Shown one piece after another: positions 47,101 to 58,050 of a stretch of DNA of 64,000 nt. Where the stretch lies: positions 868,974 to 932,973 of the forward strand of contig NMRA01000114.1 of assembly GCA_002633005.1 (NCBI GenBank). Reading direction: 5' to 3'. Positions within the stretch are counted from its first letter, which is position 1. Each line of letters starts with the position of its first letter. Below the pieces are notes generated by a model. The model made no database searches. It saw nothing but the letters and a program-made list of their open reading frames with translations, and was not told the origin of the DNA. The stretch comes from Phoronis australis. Its lineage: Eukaryota; Animalia; Phoronida. A program made the translations under genes and the position numbers.

Positions 47101-50100
47101 AATAATACACGCATTTTTGTAGTCACGCAGTGCACAGTTTTTATGAAAACAAAATTTTTATACAAATCGTTGCAATTTCCACGCGTGCACGTTAGTAAAC
47201 TTCAATTGTAGATTTTGCTTATTCATCTGACTACCTTCAATGACACGACTGTAAGTTTGTGTTAATGACTTAAAAGTTAACTACTTAATAATGCAATTTC
47301 ATGGACATAATTAAACAACAGACAAGATTGTTTTTCCTCCTTCTGCAGCCACATTACAGACAATAAGGGATGAACTGACCTTCGCAAGAAGTAACTGGAT
47401 CACTCCACTTTTCATGGCCGTCGCAAGATATGGTTCGTTGCCTAGACTTTTCCGGAAACTGGAATTTCTGTTGACATGTGAAAGATACTGCAGTCCCGTA
47501 AGGCACGGTAGGCGATGATACATTATTAGCAGCATTTTGGACTGTAGGGACTGTGCACTTGGTTACTGAAAGGAGAAAAAACAATGATAAATCAATGTCA
47601 ATATCCAAAATGGTGCACACAGTTCAATTTGTTCTTCGGGCTTGAAATTCTTCTGTTATGCCATTTTATTTGCAGCATGACAATGAAAGGATCACACAGA
47701 CAATGTGACAAAGGGAAAACTGACAGACAGAACTTCAAATAGACGGAATACTTTTGACAGCCTATGGGGCATTTAAATAATTCTTTACTTATATGGTAGA
47801 CGAGGGAGGCATATTTCTTGCTTGGTACTGTGCGGTTCCAGTTCGTCAAAACATGACAAACATCAGTTGGTATTCAAACATTTTGGAGCACATTTAATGT
47901 GCTCGGCTCTAGGGCTAGAGATTTTGTTTTAGTTAGTAGCACTAGATTTGGTCGGCTGCCCTGCATTTTGCCAGGGTAAAAATTTAAAAGCAATGGGTAT
48001 GATTGAAGACGAAATTAGAGGTTTTGATCCTCACTCTGCAAGCGTCAAGTGACAAGAGCTCAACAGTTACATTGTGTCAAATGAAATCTTTATCAACCAA
48101 TGACGCAGGAGACAATTCTGAAATTATTACAACAAAGGCATGAGAAAATTACACGCTGTTTGGAATTTGGTATACGATTGCGAAATAATCAGAATATGTA
48201 GATAAAAGAGACACGGCACCTTTGTGTTGTAAAAAGCACACAATCCCTGGACTCAATTTCCAGTTCTGGTGTGTAAGATGTTAGGGAATTTACAAAGACG
48301 AGCCACTGAACTACCGTCAGAATTACGATCATTGGAAAAACTGGATATTTTAGTGACAACCTTTTGATTATCCAGGTCTAAAGAATATAGACCTCGTTGG
48401 TGAAATGAAAACTGACTTAGACCAGGTCTAAACTGGAGTTAAACCAGGTTTTACTAGACCACTGGTCTGAAAGTTAAACAACCTTTATGAAATACAGATT
48501 ATCTTTAAACCTGGTCTAAGTCCAGCTTAAACCAGGTTTAACTTTAAACCACCTTTATGAAATCGGCCGTTAGATTCTAGTTGGCAGTGCGGGGGGTGTA
48601 ACTGTCTGACGGACAAAATCTTGTCTAATCCTTGGCCCCCCTGACTCAAAATCCTGGATCCGCCCCTGCCGCTGAGTGTGAAACCAATCAAAAGGGATTT
48701 ACAGCAGGTATAACCCTGGTAAATGATGTAACCGTGCCAGCTTCCTATATTGACTTTGTTTTACGTCAGTCTTGGTTAGAAAATTCAACTAACTTGTGCA
48801 GTTGCTGACAGCTGGCGACCATGTTTCCTGACTGGTACATTTAGCGGTAACCGTGGTGACGTTGTTGGGCAGCTGGTAACCAGTAAAGCATGTGAAAGTT
48901 ACTGTTGAATCTACGTCGACTGTGGTATTATCACTGTTGCTAATGCAGTACTCCGGTGTGGGAACTGTGCATGTCATGACTGAAAAATGAGTGCGAGTGA
49001 AGTCATACCATGCGGATTTAAAATGCCATTATGAAAACGACACATAGGTTACGGTCGAATGTGTTGACGTACCCGTAACTGGTAGAAGTCATAATTAGGC
49101 GATTAGTGAAGAGCACCAAACAGTGCCATTGAATCTTACTAAAGGTGTTTGGTGGTTTACAGACTACCGGACAAGCACAAGGTTAGGAAGAGGTGACTTT
49201 AAACGCACCTGCTGATTAGGCACTTACGTAAGCATATGTAACGTTATGTGAAATAATGTAATTCTTGAAAAATGAAGATAAAAGTTTGTGAATAAACTCA
49301 CCTCTATATACAGTTACGAATCCCTTGAATAAATTTATGTTTTAAAATCGGTGACTTTTGTGTGTTGTTAGGCAATTACTTTTTCCAATTCATAAGTTTG
49401 CTTAAAAATTTAAAACAAGTCGACGATGTAGCTAATAATCAAGCTTGACTTAATTATTTCAAGCGATGCTCCTCAAATTTAAAAATGTTTTGCACAGATA
49501 GATGCTTGCAAATAATTTGGAATGTATAAGCAGCATGTCCTGTAGGAACATAAGTGTAAATAAATGCATACGAGATATTTATATGGTGGCTTAAAAAATT
49601 GCCCAATTTTATTGCATGTCGGTACATTTTGTATCAAAGGTGTTTGGGGGTTAACTGACTAAGTGACAAGTACACGGGTAGGAAAATGTGACTTTAAATG
49701 CACCTACTGATTAGGCACATACGTAAGCGCATGTAATTATATGTGGAATAATGTGTTTCTTGAAAAATGCTCACATATTTTGAATATAAGCGCGTGCAAT
49801 TAAGCTCACCTGTATAAACAGTTGCCAATCCCTTGAACACATTTATGTCTTAAAATGGGTGATTTTTTTGTGTGTTCTTAGGTTATTTGGTGTTCTAATT
49901 CATCAATTAGTTTCAAATTTTAAAACAAGTAGATGTCTACCACCATGTAGCTAATAAATCAAATTTGACTTTCTTCATATTTTGAAGCGATGCTCCTCGA
50001 CTTTACAAATATTTATTTCACATATAGGTAGAAGAGAATAATTTGGAATATATGAGCAGCATGTCCTATAGGCACATAGGTGAAAATAAATACAACTATA

Positions 50101-53100
50101 TACGCGGTATTTGTATTGTGGCTCAAAATGTTACCCAATTTTATTGCATGTCGGTACATTTTTTACCATAAAAGATTTCCATTCTTTTTAAAAATATGTG
50201 GATATGCATGAAATATTTGCTGACGATTCTGCGTTGTTTGACAGTGCATGAGGCAAAATACACTCATCTGAACAATTCCAATAAAAGTGAGTTCGTCAGC
50301 ATCACATATCTGTTGTAGGGATCTTTGAATGACGGAGTTTTTTCTTTGGCTTACAAACATCGCACACTAATGGTAAAAATTCTCACGCACTGTATTAACA
50401 TTTTGCTGATATCGAGCAGTGGCGACCAGATCAACCTTTTAGGTTTCATCCAGTCACCTATATAACACCGCGTAAATTAATTCGTTAAATATCCAAAGGG
50501 CCAATTTTTGATTTAGTTATAGACTAGTTCACTTACTGTTAACACTTTGATTATACCCACTGGCCTCTCAAACGGTCGGCAGTACGCACGCAGCATTTCA
50601 AGGTAGCTACCTGCCTTCATAACAAACGGTCAGATTTCTAGGAATACATTTTAAAGGCTATTTTGATCTTTATAAAATGTCACATTTTTGTGAAGAAATA
50701 TGGTGTGCCCCAGGGAATAATACACGCATTTTTGTAGTCACCCAGTGCACAGTTTTTATGAAAACAAAAGTTTTATACAAATTGTTGCAATTTCCACGCG
50801 TGCACGTTAGTAAACTTCAATTGTAGATTTTGCTTATTCATTTGATTACCTTCAATGACACGACTGTAAGTTTGTGCTAATGACTTAAAAGTTAACTACC
50901 TAATAATGCAATTTCATGGACATAATTAAACAACAGACAACATTGTTTTTCCTCCTTCTGCAGCCACATCACAGAAAATAAGGGATGAACTGACCTTCGC
51001 AAGACGTAACTGGATCACTCCACTTTTCACGGCCGTCGCAAGATATGGTTCGTTGCCTAGATTTTTCCGGAAACTGGAATTTCTGTTGACATATGAAAGT
51101 TACTGCAGTCCCGTAAGGCACGGTAGGCGACGATACATTATTAGCAGCATTTTGGACTGTAGGGACGGTGCATTTGGTTACTGAAAGGAGAAAAAACAAT
51201 GATAAATCAATGTCAATATCCAAAATGGTGCACACAGTTCAATTTGTTCTTCGGGTTTGAAATTCTTCTGTTATGCCATTTTATTTGCAACATGACAATG
51301 AAAGGATCACACAGACAATGTGACAAAGGGAAAACTGACAGACAGAACTTCAAATAGACGGAATACCTTTGACAGCCTATGGGGCATTTAAATAATTCTT
51401 TACTTATATGGTAGACGAGGTAGGCGTATTTCTCGATTGGTACAGTGCGGTTCCAGTTTATCAAAACATGACAAACATCAGTTTGTATTCAAACATTTTG
51501 GAGCACATTTAATGTGCTCGGCTCTAGGACTAGAGATTTTGTTTTAGTTAGTAGCACTAGATTTGATCGGCTGCCCTGCATTTTGCTAGGGTAAAAATTT
51601 AAAAGCAATGGGTATGATTGAAGACGAAATTAGAGGTTTTGATCCTCACTCTGCAAGCGTCAAGTGACAAGAGCTCAACAGTTACATTGTGTCAAAAGAA
51701 ATCTTTATCAACCAATGACGCAGGAGACAATTCTGAAATTATTACAACAAAGGCTTGAGAAAATTACACCCTGTTTGGAATTTGGTATACGATTGCGAAA
51801 TAATTAGAATATGTAGATAAAAGAGACCCGGCACCTTTGTGTTGTGAAAAGCACACAATCCCTGGACTCAATTTCCAGTTGTGGTATGTAAGATGCTAGG
51901 GAATTTACAAAGACGAGCCACTGAACTGACGTCAGAATTATGATCATTGGAAAAACTGGATATTTTAATGACAACCTTTTGATTATCCAACCTTTCAACA
52001 AGTATGATTTGAAAGCATATTGTTCGCTAAGGTTTTATAAAAGAAAAGCTCATGGAAATCTCGGTCACACACAAGTAGGTAGAACTCCTCCTACAATTCA
52101 TAGTACTCTTAGGACAAGGCATGTTTCTTTACTACACAGCTCAGTCGTGGATTTAGGGGGGGGGGGGTGCCCTGCTAAAACTCTCCACCGGAATCCATTC
52201 AGCGGTTCGGGGTTGTCAATGTCTGACCGGCAAAATCCTGGCTAATTCCTAAATCAAAATCCTGGATCCGCCTCTGCTGCTGAGTGTGAAACACATCAAC
52301 AATGATTTGTAGCAAGTAAAATCCTGGTAAATGAACTAATCGTGTAAGCTATATATATTGACTTTGTTTTTAGTCAGTCTTGATTACCCAAGTTTACTGA
52401 CTTGTGCAGTTGCTGACAGCTGGCGACCATGCTTCCTGACTGGTACATTTAGCGGTAACCGTGGTGACGTTGTTGGGCAGCTGGTAACCAGTAAAGCATG
52501 TGAAAGTTACTGTTGAATCAACTTCGACTGTAGTATAATCACTGTTGCTAATGCAGTACTCCGGTGTGGGAACTGTGCATGTCATGACTGAAAAATGAGT
52601 GCGAGTCAAGTGATACCATGTGGATTTAAAACGCCATTATCAAAACGACCCATATGTAAAGGGCGCTGTATAGCGACATTGAATGTTACTAAAGGTGTTC
52701 GGGGGTTTACCGACTACCGGACAAGCACACAGGTAGAAAAATGTAACTTTAAATGAACCTAGTGATATACGTAAATGCATGAAATTACATCTGAAGCAAT
52801 TTGTTACTTGAAAAATGCTCACATGTTGTTCCTCTATTCGTGAGACGATAATTAGTACTTCCTGGTACGCGGCAACAGTGTGGCATGTTGACTGACTCGT
52901 AAACAAAAGCAAACGACGACCTAACGTATGACAACGGAGGTAGATCAATGGCTGACTCGACAGCCCTCGTAGTCAAATTATATGACAAGAAATAGGCGTG
53001 AACTTCTTACCTCCCACAACGTCACTTCCGGAGTAGATAACGAATAATTAATGAAATTACAAAAAGATGTAATTAAATGGAAAATATGTCTTGGATAACC

Positions 53101-55327
53101 AACGAACATTATTTGTGCTAAAAATGACATGCAAAAAGGTTGCCTTCGACTTTAAATGCATCTACTGATTAGGCATATACGTAAGCGCATGTAATTATAT
53201 GTGAAATAATGTGTTTCTTGAAAAATGCTCACATGTTTCGAATATAAGTGCTTGCAATTAAGCTCACCTGTATATACAGTTGGCAATCCCTGGAAAATAC
53301 TAATGTCTTAAAATCGATAAATTTCTTGTGTTGTTAAGTCGTTGGTTCTTTTAATTCTTCAATTTGTATAAAAACTTAGAACAAGTCGACGTCAACAACA
53401 ATATAGTTAACAAATCAAGTTTGACTACCTCAATAATTTGAAGCGATGTTCGTCGACTTTACAAATGTTCATAGGTGAAGGCAAATAATTTGGGATGTAT
53501 AAGCAACATGTCCTATTGGCACATAGGTGCAAATAAAGACATATCATCTTTATATGAGTCAAAAGTTGCCCAATTTGATTGCATGTGTACAAATCTGATC
53601 GTGGAACATTTCCGTTCTTTTTGAAATAATGCCAAAATAGAAGAAATATTTACTGAAGGCTTTGCGTTGTTTGATGACACATAACGCAAATGCATCCTTA
53701 TGAGCGCTGCCGATAAAGGTGAGTTCGTCATCATCACAAAGCATTTTTCAAAACCTTTGAATGTCGCAGTTGTTTCTATGGCTGACAAACATCGCCCACT
53801 CATCATGAAAATACGGTATGCATCAGGATATACTACACAAATATTTGTGGTCATTTTTTTTTATAAAAATCGCTGCAATTTGCACGCTTGCACGTTTGTA
53901 TACCTGAATTGCTGATTTTTTGATCCATTTGATTACCTACTATGACAACCCTCTACTAAGTTGTGTTTTAAGGACTTTTAGTCAAATTACTGAAGAATGC
54001 ATCAGGAGGGACATAATGAAACACTAGACGAGATTGTTTTCTCTCTCTGTGCATCCACATCACAGAAAAAATGGAAGAACTGACCTTCACAAGAAGATAC
54101 ATGATCACTCCACTTTTCATGGCCGCCACAATATATGATTCGTTCCCTGGATTTGTCCGGAAAATGGAATTTCGGTTGACAAGTAAAATATACTGCAGTC
54201 CCGTGAGGCACGGTAGGCGATGATACATTATTAGCAGCATTTTGGACTGTAGGGACGGTGCACTTGGTGACTGAAAGGAGAATAAGCAAAGAAAAATCGC
54301 GGTCAGTGTCCCAAATGGTGTACACAGTGAATTTTGTTCTCCGAGAACATTGGTTGTGCATAGTTTAAAATTCCTCAATTTGTTACGACATTATTAGTAT
54401 TTTCAGGGTGGCATCGAAACGATCGCAAGGAAAACGCGATCATGAGTGAACTGATATACAGAGCCTCAAATATGCGGGGTTTTTATTTGGACAGCCTATG
54501 TGGTAAATAGAATTTACTTTACTGTAGATGGGTGACGGGCTTCTCGTTTGTTACAGTGTTATCTCAATTGGCCAAACGACCAAATGCAAACAAAAAATCG
54601 TAATCTTCAGTTGGTATTCATAATCTTTTTTCGTGCATATTTACTATGATCGGCCCTGGGGCTAAAGATGTGGTTTTGGTCAGTACCGTCAGTTTTGTTC
54701 GGCTGGTCTGCATTTTGCCTGATAGTGTTAACATCCGAAAACAATGGGTATAATTCAAGTACTCTGCGTTCCCCAAGTGACCCGAACTCAGTAACTACAG
54801 TGCGTCAATCGCAATTTCTAAGCACAAATGACGCAGGAAGTCGTCCTAAAATTATTGCCGCATACATGACAAAATTGCAGCCAGTTTTGAATTTGGTTTA
54901 AAATTGTAAAATAATTAAATAATGGTATTGGAGATACCAACGGCATTTTGAAGTGCAGGGAGCATGAAATCGTTCGAAGCGTCAACGAGTCTTGCGGGGT
55001 ACGAAGCTCAGGGCTTATAAGAACGAAACTACTTTCTGAATCAAAAACATTGGAAAATTGAACACTCGTGAAAATGTTTTGGTTATCGCAATGCTTAACA
55101 ATCACGATTTGATAGCGTATTGATTTTCCCAAACAACTTACCCGTGCAGTTGTTGACCTGTTTAGACCAAGTTTCCTGCTCGACACAAGTAGCAGTGACC
55201 GTGATGTTGTGATCGGGCAGCTCGTAACCATCTTCACATGTGAAAGTTAATGTTGTGTTCACGTTGACAGTGGTGTTCTCTGTGCTTCTGGCGCTGAACT
55301 CCGGTATTGGAACTGTGCATGTCATCA
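35082..55327 (-). CDS. GPI-anchored multi-CCP (sushi/SCR) domain protein; 11 intact alternating A/B domain exons plus a GPI-signal exon; 5' end not seen
   Basis: Eleven 186-nt phase 1-1 GT-AG exons, each with the C..P...F.C..G/.F.......C....W.....C CCP pattern, join in frame to a terminal exon ETSQAMASGGQARNFSLGLAMTFLCAAFLI*. Confidence 0.88.
35758..35943 (-). CDS. CCP exon, type B
   Basis: VMTCTVPTPEFSTRNTENTTVNVNTTVRFTCNAGYELPDHNTTVTATCVEQELWSKVVNNCT; donor GTTTGT. Confidence 0.88.
36849..37034 (-). CDS. CCP exon, type A
   Basis: VTKCTVPTVQNAAVNVSSPTVPYGNSVTFLCRRTLQFPDKSRERTISCDGHEKWSDQLPACE; donor GTCAGT. Confidence 0.88.
37046..37610. mobile_element. Helentron/HINE-like fragment
   Basis: AACAAG...TTGTCACAGAGTGAC hairpin followed by TGTCCCCC, then repeated GTGA(C/T)CTT(G/C)AAA motifs typical of HINE central repeats. 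Confidence 0.45.
37620..38615 (+). mobile_element. L1/Tx1-type LINE 3' fragment (zf-RVT), degenerate
   Basis: FQFRLLYRIPLTNYFL...CTFCKHF / PETLEHLLFECEYVNSFW (CCHC zinc finger split by a frameshift), followed by a T-rich 3' UTR and A-rich end. Confidence 0.8.
39072..39257 (-). CDS. CCP exon, type B
   Basis: VMTCTVPTPKFSTRNTENTTVNVNTTVRFTCDTGYELPNHDTTVNTTCVVQEIWSKSVNDCT; donor GTTAGT. Confidence 0.88.
40264..40449 (-). CDS. CCP exon, type A
   Basis: TKCTVPTVHNADINVSSSPVPHGTVVTFACKQKFQFPDKSRQRTISCDGHEKWSEQLRGCE; donor GTTAGT. Confidence 0.88.
40760..43066 (+). mobile_element. Degenerate hAT element carrying a THAP12/P52rIPK-like transposase remnant
   Basis: Left TIR CAGTGGCGGATCTACG; right end ...CTCTTACTGAAAACGT with the outer TIR lost. 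41736-42029 reads NGLGNLRGLSANWAAKRDADIEEAYKLID...IPRQPRQQKDRTNIPGETP, and after an acceptor near 42262 YYRTVRKPFLDNL, resembling hAT/Tip100 transposases. Confidence 0.7.
43817..44954. mobile_element. Non-autonomous PIF/Harbinger element
   Basis: Perfect 26-bp TIR CGGCCGATTTCATAAAGGTGGTTTAA; TTA TSD (43814-43816, 44955-44957); many AAACCAGGTTT/AAACCTGGTCT subterminal repeats. Confidence 0.9.
44417..44570. mobile_element. hAT-like MITE with 5-bp TSD nested in the Harbinger element
   Basis: Ends CATAGGCGGATCC / GGATCACCCCTG; TSD CTACG on both sides. Confidence 0.8.
45179..45364 (-). CDS. CCP exon, type B-prime (extra Cys)
   Basis: VMTCTVPTPEYCISNSDNTTVDVDSTVTFTCFTGYQLPNNVTTVTAKCTSQETWSPAVSNCT; donor GTTAGT. 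Confidence 0.88.
47380..47565 (-). CDS. CCP exon, type A
   Basis: TKCTVPTVQNAANNVSSPTVPYGTAVSFTCQQKFQFPEKSRQRTISCDGHEKWSDPVTSCE; donor GTCAGT. Confidence 0.88.
48794..48979 (-). CDS. CCP exon, type B-prime
   Basis: Same translation as 45179-45364; donor GTTAGT. Confidence 0.86.
50995..51180 (-). CDS. CCP exon, type A
   Basis: TKCTVPTVQNAANNVSSPTVPYGTAVTFICQQKFQFPEKSRQRTISCDGREKWSDPVTSCE; donor GTCAGT. Confidence 0.88.
52142..52276. mobile_element. hAT-like MITE (uninterrupted paralogue of 43762-45053)
   Basis: Ends CAGTCGTGGATTTAGGG / GGATCCGCCTCTG at the same intronic position. Confidence 0.75.
52402..52587 (-). CDS. CCP exon, type B-prime
   Basis: VMTCTVPTPEYCISNSDYTTVEVDSTVTFTCFTGYQLPNNVTTVTAKCTSQEAWSPAVSNCT; donor GTCAGT. 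Confidence 0.88.
52828..53151 (-). mobile_element. One-ended Kolobok-like fragment with a THAP N-terminus
   Basis: Minus strand begins TTAA|AGTCGAAGGCAACC and contains MPHCCRVPGSTN (THAP-like start); absent from the paralogous introns. Confidence 0.5.
54085..54270 (-). CDS. CCP exon, type A
   Basis: VTKCTVPTVQNAANNVSSPTVPHGTAVYFTCQPKFHFPDKSRERIIYCGGHEKWSDHVSSCE; donor GTCAGT. Confidence 0.88.
55142..55327 (-). CDS. CCP exon, type B
   Basis: MTCTVPIPEFSARSTENTTVNVNTTLTFTCEDGYELPDHNITVTATCVEQETWSKQVNNCT; donor GTAAGT. Confidence 0.88.
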
Positions 55328-56347
55328 CTGCAAAATGAGTGCGAGTCAAGTAATACGATAGGAAATTAAAATGTCATTTTCAACCACACACATGATAAAA
55401 CTACAGCTGAAGTAGCAGCGATGGGGCTTCTAGTTTTACACAAAAGATCATTATACTATGTTTATTATGACGTTTGCTGACGACCGGACTGGCATGGAGG
55501 CAGGGATCTCTGAGCTAACAAACACGCACGTAAGAAGGCCTATGTAGTTCTATCCGAAAGTACTCTGAACTTGAAAATTGTTCAAGTGTTTTGCATATAG
55601 GTGTTTACAAAGCACAGCTGGCACCCCTTTGAATATATCCACCACTTAAATTCAGAGTAGATCGTTTGTTTTTCGAACTATGGCTTTCACTTTGAGTCCA
55701 ACTAAGGTAAAAATATCAGAAACACAAATGAATTTAAACTTGACTTTATCTTACCCGAACTTGAGAGCGCAAATGTATTGAAAAAATTTTGCCGTTATCA
55801 ATCAGAGACGTTGAGGTAAATCGCCATTTTTACACTGTGCACGCCAGCGAATACGACGTCATACCCCCTGCGGCGCGCAGTGTTAAAAAACGGCGAGTGA
55901 CTTTGAGGTTTTAGTGAGTGTGAGTCATAATTTGCCAAAAAAGCTTCCAGCGCATGAAGCTCGTATAGGAGCTCCACCGTCTCTACTGGGCCAGCATGAG
56001 ACGGTGATCACTGTGTAGAGGTAATGTGCGTTCATCTGAACTCTGCCAATAAAAGTGAGTTCATCATCATCACACCTGTTGTCGGAATTTTTGAATGACG
56101 GAGGCTTTTGTCAGGTTGACAAACATCTTACACTCATCCCAGCAATTGTTATCCACGTTTTCAGCCAGTCGGTTATACAACAAAGCGAACATTAAATCGT
56201 TAAGAAATGAAAACGGCTAAGCTTTGGTTTACCTATGGTATTATTTCAATTACTGGTGACATTTTAGTTGATCATATACATTGGCCTCTCATACGGTGGA
56301 TAGTACGCATGCAGCATTTCAAGGTAGTTACCTGGCTTCATAACAAC

Positions 56348-56427
56348 TGGTCAGATTTCGTCGAACGGATTTTTTAAAATCCGTTCGACGAAATCTGACC
56401 ATATTAGTCTTTAAAAAGACTAATATG
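56348..56427. repeat. Two adjacent perfect palindromes (26-bp and 13-bp arms)
   Basis: TGGTCAGATTTCGTCGAACGGATTTT-TT-AAAATCCGTTCGACGAAATCTGACCA, then CATATTAGTCTTT-AA-AAAGACTAATATG. Confidence 0.95.
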
Positions 56428-56755
56428 CTGCTCATATAATCTCATATTTTTCTTAAAGAAAACGGTATACACAAGGAAACAATACACGAATATCTGTAGT
56501 CACAGAGTGGTGATTTTTCCTGAAAATATAAGTCTTTATAGAAATTGAGGCAATTTGCACGCGTACACGTTAGTAAACCTCAATTGTTGATTTTGTTAAT
56601 GCATTTGATTATCTACAATGGCATGGATGTAAGTTTATTGTAAAGATTTTTGGGCTACTTCTTAAAACTGCAGCTGCATAGACATACTTAAACAACAGGC
56701 TATCGCACATTTTGTCAAAAGGATGGCACATCACATAAAAAACGAAAGAACTGAT

Positions 56756-56940
56756 CCCCACAAGTTGTAAAATGACCACTCCAGTTTTCATGGCCGAAAC
56801 AAGACATGGTTCATTCCCTAGATTTGCCAGAAACTGGAATTTCGTTTGACATGCAAAAGTTACAGCAATACTGTAGGGCCATTTAGGTGACGACAAATTG
56901 ATAGCATCTTTGTGGACTGTGGGATCAATGTACTTGGTTA
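56756..56940 (-). pseudogene. Dead type-A CCP pseudo-exon
   Basis: 185 nt (1-bp deletion); first Cys changed to Tyr; TGA in the ancestral frame; donor GTCAGT changed to ATCAGT; acceptor intact. Confidence 0.85.
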
Positions 56941-58050
56941 CTGAAAGGACAATAATGAACGGTAAATTGAGGCCAATGTCCGAGTCGGTCTTGAAGAATT
57001 TGAAAGTCCTCTGTTACCATATTTTCATTTATTGCAATAATGCAACGAAATGATCACAAGGAAATCGTGACCAAATGTAATTTGACCTACAAAAGATCAA
57101 TTGTACTTTCTAATTTGGACAGTGTATGGAGAAAAGAAAATGATCTATACTTGAATAGATGGGGGAGGGTTTCTTGTTTCTAACACAGCGATTTCAGTTT
57201 GTCAAAATCACCAAATGCAAACCAAACATCGTAATCTACTGCTGGGTTTGAAATGCATTCGTGCACATTTACTGTGCTTGGCCCTAGGCTTAGAGATGTT
57301 ATGTTGGTCAGTACACGAGATTTGATCAGCTGCTTTGCATTTTCTCTGTGTTTAAAACTGAAAACGAAGGGTATTATTCAAGACAAAACAAGTGGTAATT
57401 GCACCGTACTCTGCAGGCGTCACGAGACCCGACNAGGCCCGCCTAGGTGCTACGTCAGAGCTTGCCCGCCCTGCCTCCGGCCGCTTGATGACGATAGCAT
57501 GATCACTAAGTCGTGGTATGGTTACAAAAGATTACAAGTCTGGTGTGGCAGTTGCAAAAAATGGGGTATTTACAAAAATAACTCAAATTCTTTTTTAAAG
57601 CTTCATAAATCTAAATATCATGTTTGAACAACTTCAAAAGGAGCTCTCTCTAACTCTACAGGCATAGTGTATACTAGAGGTACACGTCAAAAATAATTCA
57701 ACAGTTTATTTTTAGTGACAACATCTCGACCAAGGCTTTGAGATCCGGCAGTAATCCAGTGCCCTTCCCTGTGCCGATCGAATCTTTGAATTTTGACCGA
57801 GACAGAAGTTCAGTTGAACGCCAGCCTACGGTTTATGAATAACAAAAATGTACCTCTGATACGAAACAAAATAATGTCCATTAGGTTGAAATAAATAAAA
57901 AACATAAAATAGAAATGTCCTTGAAAACAACAATTTCCGGGGACTACCGCTACAGTGCTGAGATCCAGCAGGTGCCGAGACAAAGGCGGAAACTCCGGAG
58001 TCATAATCTGAGATAGCCCTGCACCATAGCCACCAAGCTGAAAATTCCGT

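Larger units (their letters stand above)
44758..51989. repeat. Recent tandem segmental duplication, period 3615 bp (one B-prime and one A exon per unit)
   Basis: Exons are offset by exactly 3615 (45179/48794; 47380/50995); junction at 48373-48374 with CA microhomology. Confidence 0.92.
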
